A DNA stretch of 64,000 nt from Octopus bimaculoides. Taxonomy: Eukaryota. The stretch lies in contig NC_068985.1 of the NCBI RefSeq assembly GCF_001194135.2, positions 96,127,281 through 96,191,280 on the forward strand, given 5' to 3'. Under the pieces are notes generated by a model. It was not told where the DNA came from. It did not search any database and saw only the letters and a program-made list of their open reading frames with translations. Shown piece by piece: positions 38,215-51,979 of this stretch. Each line of letters opens with the position of its first letter. Positions within the stretch are counted from its first letter, which is position 1. Both the position numbers and the translations under genes were made by a program.

Positions 38215-38580
38215 CAGGCATGGCTGTGTACTAAGAAGGTTCTAGGTTCAGTTCCACTGCGTGGCACTTTTGGCAAGTGTCTTTGCTATAGCCTCGAGCT
38301 GACCAAAGCCTTGTGAGTGGATTTGGTAGATGGAAACTGAAAGAAGCCTAAAGTATATATGTTTGTTTGTGCGTGTGTGTACGTCTGTTCTCATCACTGC
38401 TTGACAACTGGTGTTGGTGTGTTTATGTCCCAGTAACTTGGCAGTTTGGCAAAGGAGACCAATAGAATAAATACTACGCTTTAAAAAAAATACTGTAGTC
38501 AGTTCATTTAACTAAAAGTTCTTCAAAACAGTGCCCCAGCATGACTACAGTCTAATGACAGAAACAAGTAAAGGATAGAA
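38215..38580 (+). mobile_element. SINE family C, near full length
   Basis: caggcatggctgtgt...ggcacttttggcaagtgtc...gtgccccagcatgactacagtc..acaagtaaa. Confidence 0.75.
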
Positions 38581-38713
38581 GATATCTAGCTCGTTATTTA
38601 TGCTACTAATCATACGTATCTAATGTAAACTTTTGGTAAGTATTGTGCACAAGATTCCTCAATTGCAAATATAAAAAAAAAGTATACTAAGTTTTCATCA
38701 AAACCATGCACCT

Positions 38714-38715
<2 letters not shown>

Positions 38716-38761
<46 letters not shown>

Positions 38762-38800
38762 GTCGTCGTCATCATCATCATCATCATCATCACCATCATC
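38716..38800. repeat. (CAT)n trinucleotide repeat
   Basis: Visible directly. Confidence 0.95.
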
Positions 38801-41354
38801 CTTTTATAGCCACTTTTCTGGCTGATATGGATTGAATGGGTTGTCACAATTTGAGCCAGTTCTTATTTGGGATTACTACCTTCTCAGACAGATCGACGGA
38901 CCACATCTCACTATTATATATCTGTGGTTTGGTTCCTATAGCTTTATGACACTCCAATCACCAACCACTTTATAGTGTGTACAGGGTGCATTTTATTGTA
39001 GCACTGGTATTAGAAAGGTTATTGGGTCTTCCATAAGACAAGACTAAAGAAGCCTCTTCACCCTACGTTTTCTCCTCTTTGACATTAACAACTTTACAGA
39101 GTGCACTTTGTGCATTTTATTGTGGCAACAACACTGGTGAGATTGCCTTATATGGGGGAAGACAAAGGAGTTTTTAATACTCCATGTTGTCTGTGTTTGT
39201 TCAGAGCAATGTAACCAACAGAGTGAGTAGAAGAGAGGGTGATTGCTGATGATAAACATGCATGAGTAGGATGTGGAAACTGCTTCTGTAATTTTTCTAT
39301 TTCATAGAATATATAAATGAAATTTTTCAATCATAAACTGGTGATAAGCATACACAAGAACAATTTTTATTATATGTAATATGTATATCCAAGGCTATTT
39401 CATTTTGACAATCAAAACAATGGAATAATAGTGAGAAGCCTAAAAGTTTGGGGATTACAAAGCAGCCAATCATTTTCTTTACTTCCAAAAATTGTAAATT
39501 CCTGTAAATGAATCTCAGCCAGAACTTTCTTGAGCAATTCAAAATTCAAACTTCATATAAGCAGTAAAAAAAAAAACAAAAACACATGCAGTTTGTCTCT
39601 ATCCCAGCCTGAGTGACTAAAGACTAGTGAAAATTGCATTTATTTACAAATCTAGCCAAAGAATGATAAAATGAAAACCAAAACCCGGGTGTAAAAATGT
39701 TGAACAGTAATAATAAGTTTTCAAATAAACAATCTCAATAAAGAAAACAATATATGATGATGGATATGTAAAGAAATAAAACACTCATTTTTGCTGAATG
39801 ATTTTAAAAAGACTTAACTGCCATTAAACAATTATTTCATGTTTAATATATTTAGTTCTATTTAGCTTCTGCTTGTTGACAATAAAAACAATATAATATT
39901 TCATTGGGGAATTTACTACACATCACAATAACACTTCAGTACATAAAATCTCACCTAAAGACCTCTTGCATTTGGTGTCCTCGGTTACATAAAACATAGC
40001 ATGGGTACATTTTATGTTAACAGATACCTAACCTATTCAAAATTACAAATACAGATCCATATCAAAACAAACTTGTACTATGAGTTCACAGCTACTTACT
40101 AGTACAGCTGCAAATGTTATATGAGCACTTTATTCTTCATTACAGTGCATGAGATGAATATAATTATACTGCCCACATACAAACTTTTGAATAAACATGA
40201 ATAAATCAAAGAAACTATACAAAATTTAATATATCTTTAACAAAACAATGTAACAGACGAATAATGAAAACAGTATAGAGCATTTGAACATTTACAATAT
40301 TCTAACACAAGAATACAGAATAAAAAGACCAAAACCATTGATTATAAATTCAATAGGCAAGCAATGGAGATGAAATTCCACAGCCGTATTCTTTGGAGAA
40401 GAAAACAATTTGTTACATATAATTTTATTTTATTTTATTTTATATTTTGTGAACAAGAGTGTCGTTGGGTACAGGTTTCTCACCAGTCAATCACTGGGTC
40501 GTTGCCTTTACTGTGGTGAAAGTGACAAGGATTGTCTGTGCAACACAAAGAGAATAAATACAAGCACTGATTTATTGGTTTCTTCAATGTGTGATGCTCA
40601 CAGATTTTCCAGTACATATTACTCAAAGCACACACACTTTTCACACATGATGGCAACAAATAGCCTTGGACAAAAAGCTGTCTGAAATAGCTAACATGCA
40701 TCTGACAACAGATTAACAACAACCATTGTGTTTACTTTGTAACTCTGAACAAACTAATATTAACAACTGCAAGAAAACTCAAATACTGATTGTGGGGACA
40801 TGTGAAATTGTAAGTTATGTTGCGTATTAGAAAATTTCCCATTGTAATATGCAAAATTTCATTAATTTTTTTGTCAGTTTATTTACAGAGATGAGAGATG
40901 AAATTAACAGAAATAATTCTCACAGAGTTCCTGGAAGTTATTTATCAATTCTTGAAGGGTGACAATGTAATTTGACTTTAACATAAAGAAAAAAATGGTT
41001 ACTGTATTTTACATAAGAAGACTAATTTCTATAAAGCAGGCGTAAACAGATTAGATATGAAACACGCATAGGCATCATTATCACTTTTCCAAGCTTGCAT
41101 GGTGCAGGCAGAGTTTATTGAAGCAGATTTTCTGTGACCAGATGCCCTTCCTGTTACCAATCCTAATGTTTCTCAGCAAGGTAATATTTCACCACATCCA
41201 GACATGTTCTTGCAGAGTACTGGAAATGAATGACATTCATTTACAACAATTATGTAATGTTGAAACAAGACACACAAAGAGAGAGAGAGAAAGAAGGAGA
41301 TTTAAATGACAATTTCAGTCAACATGCACTATGCACATGCATACACACATACAA

Positions 41355-41510
41355 CATGCTTCTCTCAGTTTCCATCTACCAAATCCACTCACAAGGCTTT
41401 GATCAGCCTGCAGCTATAGAAGACACTTGCCTAAGGTGCCACAGCATGAAACTGAACCTGAAACCATTTCAGTGGGAAGCAAACTTCTTAATCACACAGC
41501 CATGCCTGCG
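41355..41510 (-). mobile_element. SINE family C, 5' half
   Basis: ctcagtttccatctaccaaatccactcacaaggc...cacacagccatgcctg. Confidence 0.75.
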
Positions 41511-43943
41511 CCTACACCTACACACACACACACACACACACAGATTGATTTCCTGTTCCACTGCAAAATAAAACATTTAATGTTTAAAATGTTTCTAGTC
41601 AAGGGTATTGAGATTAGAATTTCCAAAGAACATAAGAACTAAGTATGGTGAGGGAGTCAGAAAGCAGAATATTTTGATGTAAGAGTTTTCAATAGAGATT
41701 ATAAAGAAGCTATTGATATCAAATCTTTAGAGTTGGGAATAGTCAGAAGATGATGTGAAAAATCTGTCGGGTGGTCATTAATTACTAAACTAACTTGGTT
41801 TTAGAGAGATGAGTAAAAGAACTGATGAAAGTTATCAACTTTTATCCCCACTTCTTGTTAAATTATTAGTTAGGGAATTGACTCATGTTTTAGAAAAACT
41901 AAAAGTAGTTTAGTTACCACATCTGAGACGTCTGAAAATATTTGTTTTATTTCATATATTGTAACCCATGCCAGCATGGCAAAATAAACACAAAATTGCT
42001 AACGATATGCGAATAGTATTTAAACACTTCAGAAGTTTTAATGGTTATTGTTGTCAATAATGTATAAGTGATTGAGTGGGAAGAAAAGGAAAGAGAGAGA
42101 GAGAGAGAGAAAGAAGGGGATTTAAATGAGAATTTCAGTCAACAAACTAGTTAACCTCTCAACTGAAAACAAACTTTCAGTAAAACACTCCATATATGAA
42201 AAAGATATCATGAATGTTTATATACTAAAAATTTTACTTAAAGAGGGAAGAAGGATATTTTAAACAATTTTCTCAAGCATATTAAAAAGAAAATCAAGAG
42301 ATATTAAAAGCAGTCAAAGTCAAAACACCATCAGCTACTAGCGTCTCCCCTCCATAACAACACTACTGGTCAATCCTTGAATCCCCATGATGTAATTTTA
42401 GTCGACAATTACACGAGGCTAATCACTTTTAAAGGAAAGATAAATAAAGATGGCATATTACGTCGGTTCATACTTTATTTAAATTATTTCAGTAATTCTA
42501 TATTTCTCCACCTTCATTGGGTTTTTTTATAATTAGAAAAAATACACCTACACTAAATTATTCATGAGTATCAGCAGAGATTGAGAAGCATAATTTTCTT
42601 TAATCCAAATGTGCAAAAATTGAAAAAAAAACAAAAAAAAACAACCCCTCTGTTCTACACGTGTCTACTTGTTCACACACACACACACACACACACACAC
42701 TGTGTGTGTGTGTGTATCACATACAAAAAGACATGAGTAATATATGCATCTAAACATATGCATGTGAGCCTTAGAACTTTCAAAAAAATCAACTAGAAGG
42801 TTCCAAAGGGTAAGCTGAGATATTAGATTTGTAGCTGGATGGAATTAAAATATTAGTTTAGTGAGCAACTTCGACCTAGAAATAAATATAAAAATAGTTT
42901 GAGAAACTACTTGATTTTTGAATGTTACTATCGTCATGCTTGTCATCTTAACAGCCAAGGTTTCCTGGTGCACAGCTTTTCAGTGCAACATAACATTTAA
43001 TCTTCCTGATCCTGTATGATCTCATCTGAGAGTGCAACATTCTGAATAGGGTTTCGCTGCTTCTTCCAGCGATTCCACTATTACTATACAGTACTGCCCA
43101 CTGTTAGCACATAACATTGTTCCACTCAGCACTTTGTCCGTTCACATCATATGTCTATATACAAGTGAAGATCACTCTCAAATGGTCTTTAAGGTCTAAT
43201 CATTATTTCAGCTCACTTCTCTGTATTTCCTCAGAATTAATATTACAAGGGTTGATATTCAATACCACTATAGTCTCACAGATGTTCCACATTAAAAACC
43301 TAAGTCTCACTGCTATGCAGCTGCACACTTTTTATATACTGCCCCCAAGTACACTCTGTAAAATAGTTAGCAAATGGATAGAGATGTAGGGGTTGAAAGA
43401 ACTCTACAATCATGCAAAGTGGATGAGAACTTTTCTTGTTCTGGTGCAATGATAAAATGCACCCAACACACTTCATAAAGTGGTACTAGGAAACAGTAGA
43501 AACCATGCCAAATGAAACACAAGTGAGACATGATCTCCAAACCTATCCAGGAGGGCAAAAACCTACAAGAATCATGATAGCCCATCCATACCATTCCAGC
43601 ATGAAAGACATAAAATGATGTTGGTATTGGTTTGCTTTTACCAGAGATACCTTGACAACAAACTCAATTGTCATCTAAACTTCTACCATGTTTATTTTAA
43701 TCCCACAATAAGACAGTCATTGTATGAACTTCTGTTTACCCAATGCCTGTATTGAGTTCTTGCCAACTCCCTTCCTAAATGTTAAACAATATCAATTCAC
43801 AAATGGTACTGGGATATCGAGGTTTCAGTTTTACCTTTACTAATGTTTCAAAGATCTGTTAGAGCTCTTCCAAGTCAGGCTGTCAACAACAAAACAGTTC
43901 CTATGATTTTCCCTTTCTATTGCCAGAACAGTTATGATAATGA

Positions 43944-44250
43944 GGTCGATAAATTAAGTACCAGTTACGTACTGGGGTCGATCTAATTGACTGGCCCCAC
44001 TCTCCAAAAATTTCAGGTCTTGTGCTTAGAGTAGAAAAGAATATTTTAAAGGCGGCGAGCTGGCAGAAACGTTAGCATGTCGGGTGAAACGCTTAGCGGT
44101 ATTTTGTCTGTCTTTACGTTCTGAGTTCAAATTCCGCCAAGATTGATTTTGCCTTTCATCCTTTCAGGGTTGATAAAGTAAGTACCAGTTGTGTACTGGG
44201 GTCAATCTAATCGACTACCTTCCCCCTCCTCCGAAATTTCTAAACTTTGT
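43944..44250 (+). mobile_element. SINE family M: an orphan 3' half followed directly by a near-full copy
   Basis: ggtcgataaattaagtaccag...agtagaaaagaata (43944-44043), then aaggcggcgagctggcagaa (from about 44049). Confidence 0.8.
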
Positions 44251-44510
44251 GTCAATAGATCTGCCTGGGAAATACCTAGTCTACCTTTCCAAGTCTGCTT
44301 CAAGAACACAAGTAAATATATAAACTTGTAAACTCAGACACCTTATCCCAGCATGGATATTAACCCTTTTGCTACCATCTTTCTGCTGAAAAACACTGCT
44401 TTTGTTTCAATAAATTTTGAAAATGAAGAATTTAGTGAAATAATTTTGACCTTGTTAAGTTGGTATCTGAAACATAAATTACAATGAAGCTTTGTTTGAA
44501 GATTTTCACT

Positions 44511-44764
44511 CAGGAGTGGCTGTGTGGTAAGTAGCTTGCTTCTCAACCACATGGTTCCAGTTTCAGTTCCACTGCGTGGCACCTTGGGCAAGTGTCTTCT
44601 ACTATAGCCTCAGGTCGACCAAAGCCTTGTGAGTGGATTTGGTAGATGGAAGCTGAAAGAAGCCCGTCGTGTATGTATATATATATATGTATATATATAT
44701 ATNNNNNNNNNNNNNNNNNNNNNNNNNNNNNNNNNNNNNNNNNNNNNNNNNNNNNNNNNNNNNN

Positions 44765-44807
<43 letters not shown>

Positions 44808-45020
44808 TTGTGTGTCTGTGTTTATCCCCCCAACATCGCTTGGCAACCAATGCTGGTGTGTTTACGTCCCCGTAACTTAGCGGTTCGGCAAAAGAGACTG
44901 ATAGAATAAGTACTAGGCTTACAAAGAATAAGTCCTGGGGTTGATTTGCTCGACTAAAGGTGGTGCTCCAGCATGGCCGCAGTCAAATGACTGAAACAAG
45001 TAAAAGAGTAAAGAGTAAGA
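44511..45020 (+). mobile_element. SINE family C, full-length well-preserved copy with an internal (TA)n/(TG)n tract and gap
   Basis: caggagtggctgtgtggtaagtagc..ggttccagtttcagttcc..gcaccttgggcaagtgtc..tail acaagtaaaagagtaaagag. Confidence 0.85.
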
Positions 45021-45597
45021 ATATCACTTTAAAGCAGAAAGCTTATTTCATAGAACCAGGGATAGTCTCAGGTAGGTTGGTATCAAATGGGCTAAATAAA
45101 AAGTTGTAATAAAAAAATAAGAATAAAAAATGAAAAAAAGATGCTAAGTTACACCACAGAACCGTCTTCAACTACTTTCTGCAATATCTTATATCATTAA
45201 TATTTTTATACATGCATGTACACCAATTAAACAAATCTCCACAGAAACTTCATCTTTTTCAAACGAACTTCTCAAGAGGAGTTTAATGTAACACTAATTA
45301 GATATAAGTGGTAACCATTATAGGAGGTAGCTAATTAGCAATGATGTTATGTCATTCAGATGTTTATCATAGAGTATTGGGAGACATGTTAGACGACTGC
45401 CATATTCTCTACCAATAACTTTAAATGAAATAGATTCAGGATTTCATGGTTCAAAGTTCTGATTTTTACAATCAATACAGATTTTGTTACCTAAAATTCA
45501 TTACAAAATTATTTTAACAATCAGGTGATAATGATACAATTATAATTTTTCCGAATAATAACTAACCTTATCTTTAGAGCTTAAATATTTTTCGATA

Positions 45598-45882
45598 TTT
45601 CGAGCGTGATCAATGCCAATGCCGCCTGACTGGCTCCCATGCTGGTGGCATGTAAAAAGCACCATTCGAGTGTGGTCGATGCCAGTGCTGCCTGACTGGC
45701 CCCCATGCCTGTGGCATGTAAAAAGCACCTACTACACTCTCGGAGTGATTGGCATTAGGAAGGGCATCCAGCTGTTGAAACCTTGCCAGATCAGATTGGT
45801 GCAGCCTCCTGGCTTACCAGTCCTCAGTCAAACTGTCTAACCCATTCCAGCATGGAAAGCAGACGTTAAATGATGATGATGA
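45598..45882 (+). mobile_element. RTE 3' UTR with two ~65-bp internal units and (GAT)n tail
   Basis: gccaatgccgcctgactggctcccatgctggtggcatgtaaaaagcacc, present twice. Confidence 0.8.
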
Positions 45883-46224
45883 CACATTTGAATTGGTTTG
45901 AGCTCCAAAATAACCAGCTGTCATTTGGAATATGTACATAGTACCAAAATATATTAGGACTCAAACCTTTATCTCTAAACTAATGATTGTTATGCCCTTA
46001 TTGATAAGGGCCCACTATCGCATGTACATAGTGACATAGTGGACAAGACCATTAGTACCTTAGTTTATTAACAAACGTTCCTATTTTGAATGCCATATGA
46101 TACCCAATGAGGAATGGAAATCAAATTAAGTGGAGCAGTGCAGATATATTTTTTAAAAATATTTCGTTTCTAAAATTAAGGTTAATAATCTGAAAAATTC
46201 TAGCTGTATTAATAGTAATCTGTC

Positions 46225-46413
46225 TTAATCCTTTAGTATTCAGGTTATTCTGTTAAATCTAATGCTTATACATTGTCTCATCTTTGAAATTTCTTGGTCA
46301 TTTTTACTATGGCATTGTAGAGTAGGTGCAACATGTTTTATCTGGCCAGTTTGAACATGAAAGAGGCAAAATATTTTGGCCAGATATGGTCAGTTTGAAT
46401 GTTAAAGAGTTAA
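46225..46413. mobile_element. TTAA MITE family A
   Basis: TTAAtcctttagtattcag ... gaatgttaaagagTTAA. Confidence 0.7.
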
Positions 46414-46463
46414 GCATTTAGACAATCTGGAAATAGCAAGATTATCCATCATCAATACAACTG

Positions 46464-46882
46464 CAGGAGTGGCGATATAGGTGTGGGAGTGGCCATACAG
46501 GTGCAGGAGTGCCAATATAGCTGTGTGGTAAGAAGTTTGCTTCCCAAACACTTGGTTCTGGATTCAGTCCCACTGTGTGATACCTTGCACAAGTGTCTCC
46601 TACTATATCTTCAGGCCGACCAAAACCTCCTATCTGGATTTGGGAGATGGAAACTGAAAGAAGCCCATTGTATGCATGTATGTATGTATTTGTATATCTG
46701 TGTTTGTTTCCCCACCATTGCTTGACAACTGATGTTGGTAACTTAGTGGTTCGGCAAAATAAACCAATAGAATAAGTACTAGGCTTACAAAGAATAAGTC
46801 CTGGATTGATTTGTTCAACTAAAGGCAGTGCTCCAGCATAGCCATAGTCAAAATGACTGAAACCAGTAAAAGAATAAAAGAA
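46464..46882 (+). mobile_element. SINE family C with a locally triplicated 5' start
   Basis: caggagtggcgatatag / gtgtgggagtggccatacag / gtgcaggagtgccaatatag, then the normal body. Confidence 0.75.
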
Positions 46883-47281
46883 CACGATGATGATGATGAT
46901 GATGATATCTCTGCTTAATTTTTTCTTTTTCTTTTGCTTTTCTCTCTTGCATTTTTCGTTGTTCTCTTTTTAAAAAATTCATTTTAATTCAAGCAGGAAG
47001 TTGAATTTTGTTTTTGTGAATACCAGCTCAATTTGATCACAACCAAATGTAATTTTCCCTCGTATTAATGATTCACACATTAATAAAAACACAATCATAA
47101 ATTAAAGAGATTTTGAAGACATGAAATAAAATATAAAAGCAACTACTAGGCGTGGCTGTGGTGGTAAGAAGCTTGCTTACCAACCACATGGTTCCGAGTT
47201 CAGTCCAACTGTGTGGCACCTTGGGCAAGTGTCTTCTACTATAACCTTGTGTGTGAATTTGAGAAACTGAAAGAAACCAGT

Positions 47282-47333
<52 letters not shown>

Positions 47334-50300
47334 CAGAGGATGTAGCAACCGTTACCAATATAGCATAAGAACTTACCTTAGGGGATCATTAACTAGATTC
47401 CTTAAGGGTCGTTCTTACAGTTTATATTTATATTTCAAGGTTTTTAACTTTTAAATTTGTATATTTAAAAGAGACAGAAGCTTCAAACTCGATATATCCA
47501 AGATCGATTTATTCACCACTCTATATATATATGTATATGTTTGTGTGTCTGTGTTTATCTCCCACCATCACTTGACAACTGATGTTAGTGTGTTTACATC
47601 CTGTAACTTAGTGGTTTGGCAAAAAAGACCGATAGAATAAGTACAATAATTCTGTTTATTACACAGAAAATGCCTAAATAACAATTTCTGGATGATTTAC
47701 AGCTATTTTTCAGTCTAAGCAACATCAGGTACTATTCTAGTAAATATAATACCTAAGAAAATAGCCTGTGAATTTCATGTTGTTAATCTGATACAACAAA
47801 AGATGTGCAAGAAAAGAATTAAGTGTTTAAAATATAAGGGTGTCCTTCTACAAGCAGTATTTAGTTGCCTGCTTCAGTCTATTTCTTACTTTTCAAGGTG
47901 TCTGTTATCCCTGCCTGTATCTCTAAACTCAAGCATCTTTTTTTGTAATGATCAAAGACAGTTCTCCAAAAACTCCTGATAATGGTCGATCACAGATCCA
48001 TTTCAGACCCGTTTTTTTAAAATTAAAATCACTGATATATAACTAATTCTTTCCTTGATTAACTCAAAGACTTTTATATTTCTTTCACCTCAAAAATCCT
48101 GACTGAAACTGTTTTGATGGCTTCATGTATTGTTTTCATTTGTACAGCTGTTCACACAACTGGGCTGATATGGGGGAAGGTTTTCCAACTTTAAAAAATT
48201 ACTCTAATTATATGAGTTTCTGATCCCTGTATTTATTCTTCTCGTTACACTATAGCCTTGAAGCTATTCTGTACCATCCAGCATGAAATATATATAAGTA
48301 TTGTGTTATACTATAATCACCGAGAAATTTAAAGTGCACTTATTATCTACTCTCAGAGAAAATAAATATTTTCATAATCATCCATCCATTCAGTAAACAG
48401 TAAAATCGTTGGACTGAAATAAATATCTAAAATATTTTAAAAACTTACTGGGAGTAATGATGACGATCAATGAAATTTTTTAATTCTTTTATTTTAAGTC
48501 ACTGGACTGGGGCTATACGGTACACCATCTTCAGTGATTTTAGTCAGCCATATCAATCAATCATCATCATCATCATCATTATTTAATGTCCATTTTCCAT
48601 GTTGGCATGAGTTGGATGGTTTGACAAGGCCAGGAACTGTATCAGGTTCCATTGTCTGTTTTGGCAGGGTTTCTACAGCTGGATGCTCTTCTTCCTAATG
48701 CTAACCATGTTACAGAGTGCTTTTTACATGGCACCAAAACCGGTGCTTTTTATATGGCACCATCACCATTTAAATCAAACTCTGAACCACAGGACATAGT
48801 TGTAAATCAAAATTAATCACATAACTATGACTACATCTATGTTTATCAAAAAATATAATACGTGATTATAAAAAATAGGATTGAGTCCTAAAAATATGAT
48901 TAATTCTTAGTCACTAAAACATTCCTGATATTTTAAATAAAGAAAATTCATGTGTATTATCAGAACATACGAGATTGTATCAGTATGTAAAAATAATAAA
49001 AAGAGATTGATATAAATAAATCAAGATAATAACAAATATTATGTATTAACTTTCAAATATAACAACTATGTGTTATGTCTCATAAATGATGCGTTTTATT
49101 ATTTTGACCATTAATGCAGATTAATTAAATAAATTATTTTCAAAACAAAAACTTTCCTGTTTTTTAACAAAATATTTTTTCTTACAGCTAGATATATCAG
49201 CTCTTATTTAAAAAAATATAAACATAAAAAAAAAAACAATGAAGTTATTTTCTTTATCAATGGAATCGTACATATTTTGAAAATTTTAATGTAATTTTTA
49301 TTCTTTTCAAGTTTATTGTCTTAAGAATTTTAGATAAAAATCACAGCAGTTCTAAGTTTGTGTTGTTAAAGATAGCATATCATTTGCATGTTAGTAAGAT
49401 AGGAGATACTTAACAGCATGCAGCAAAAGATGTAAAATAAATTCAGACTCTGATATTGTCATTCTAAATGAACAGTTAAAGTGTTGAACATTTGAAGTAA
49501 TGTCACAAAGGACATATAAGAATATGTTTATTTAGAGTAGATTTCTTGTAAGTAACATGTTTGCTATGAGAAGAACAAACCAAAACATACAACAACTCAA
49601 CTCTACTGGCGTACCATATTGCCACTTATATGCAATGTTTGCTTAGCCTAGTAAAACATACACAAGGAATAGAGCTCTTAAAACAATATATACTAAGAGA
49701 GGGCGTACTTAGTGCTACCAAATGCTATGTAATGGTAATCCTCTTGAAAGACATGTCATCCATTAATGGAACCAATGAGACATGTTATTTCTTATAACTG
49801 GCTTCATTTCAATAAAAATACCTTCCATAGAATATTTTGTCCATATTCACATGTTAAATATATTCCTTCCATCGGATATATTTACCAATATTCTGATAAT
49901 ACTCTTATGCAGATAGCAACAGAACAGTAGCGACATCTTCTGAAAGTATCATCATCAACGTAACACGAACAAATGAAGAAAATACAAACCAGTGAAAGAA
50001 ATCTCTCAAGAAATCTAAACAACTAATTATTTATTGGCAGATTTATCTTGAAAATGTCCTCATTTTAGCAGTGAGTATCATATATTTCAAGAAAAAATAA
50101 TCTTCAAGAGATTCTATCTAAAATGCCATTTCCTATATGACCTTTATTTCGTATTTTATGATGAGGTCTTGCCCAATTTCTGACAGATGATTTCAATAAT
50201 TTGAACTGTTAATTGTGGAAAAGACACACACTTTCAAGGTTGCTCTGCTATTAAATATAATCAGGCAAGCGCTCTCAAGATATTATTTGAACAAAAGGGA

Positions 50301-51003
50301 AATAGATTTTGATGCTGAAGGAAAAATGGACATTTCTATTTAATCACTGGAATGCAAGTAGCTAGTCATAAACATTAATGAAGAAAATTCTGATGAAATC
50401 TAGTCAACTTAATTGAGCATTAGGTATTAAAATGAAAAAGGAAACATGACTGTCAATTCGAAGCAGCTTATGAATAAGACATCCTGTTAATTTATGGCTG
50501 GGTGTCAGTCATGGAATAGGGAAACTATCGAACAAACTGGTAACTAGCTTTAAATAACCAAATGTTTTGTAAGAGAGAGAATATGTCATTTGAAAAATTT
50601 TATTGGATGTTCATTTATAAGAATAACAGTAAGAGATTTATTTGATTAGAAATAATCAAGCATTTTCAGGATGTCCACAAGAAATCCTTTATACTGTTGA
50701 CTGCTATTGGAGTTTAAAGTCAGTGAAAGGTTCTATATGTGCAATGTTAAGACCATATTCAACAATATTTCTATCACTGACACTGTTTTGAAGTGGCAGG
50801 GGTATATAGTTAATTATATCAACACGAGTATATTACAGGTACTTATTTTATCTACTCCACAAGGATGAAAGCCAGAGTGAAATCTGAGGTTTGAACCCAC
50901 AATCTATGACTTGGACAAATGCAAAAATATAAATAGACAAGCTTTAAATAATTATAGGAGAAAAACTTCATTGTTTTTGGCAGTAGATAGAACATGTATT
51001 GAT

Positions 51004-51068
<65 letters not shown>

Positions 51069-51979
51069 NNNNNNNNNNNNNNNNNNNNNNNNNNNNNNNN
51101 NNNNNNNNNNNNNNNNNNNNNNNNNNNNNNNNNNNNNNNNNNNNNNNNNNNNNNNNNNNNNNNNNNNNNNNNNNNNNNNNNNNNNNNNNNNNNNNNNNNN
51201 NNNNNNNNNNNNNNNNNNNNNNNNNNNNNNNNNNNNNNNNNNNNNNNNNNNNNNNNNNNNNNNNNNNNNNNNNNNNNNNNNNNNNNNNNNNNNNNNNNNN
51301 NNNNNNNNNNNNNNNNNNNNNNNNNNNNNNNNNNNNNNNNNNNNNNNNNNNNNNNNNNNNNNNNNNNNNNNNNNNNNNNNNNNNNNNNNNNNNNNNNNNN
51401 NNNNNNNNNNNNNNNNNNNNNNNNNNNNNNNNNNNNNNNNNNNNNNNNNNNNNNNNNNNNNNNNNNNNNNNNNNNNNNNNNNNNNNNNNNNNNNNNNNNN
51501 NNNNNNNNNNNNNNNNNNNNNNNNNNNNNNNNNNNNNNNNNNNNNNNNNNNNNNNNNNNNNNNNNNNNNNNNNNNNNNNNNNNNNNNNNNNNNNNNNNNN
51601 NNNNNNNNNNNNNNNNNNNNNNNNNNNNNNNNNNNNNNNNNNNNNNNNNNNNNNNNNNNNNNNNNNNNNNNNNNNNNNNNNNNNNNNNNNNNNNNNNNNN
51701 NNNNNNNNNNNNNNNNNNNNNNNNNNNNNNNNNNNNNNNNNNNNNNNNNNNNNNNNNNNNNNNNNNNNNNNNNNNNNNNNNNNNNNNNNNNNNNNNNNNN
51801 NNNNNNNNNNNNNNNNNNNNNNNNNNNNNNNNNNNNNNNNNNNNNNNNNNNNNNNNNNNNNNNNNNNNNNNNNNNNNNNNNNNNNNNNNNNNNNNNNNNN
51901 NNNNNNNNNNNNNNNNNNNNNNNNNNNNNNNNNNNNNNNNNNNNNNNNNNNNNNNNNNNNNNNNNNNATATATATATGT

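Noticed and set aside
40478-40495. TGEKP zinc-finger linker on the minus strand
   Set aside because: There is no C2H2 spacing on either side, and an in-frame stop lies just upstream.
49900-49995. Possible plus-strand terminal exon (D)SNRTVATSSESIIINVTRTNEENTNQ*
   Set aside because: No upstream plus-strand exons or homology were found.
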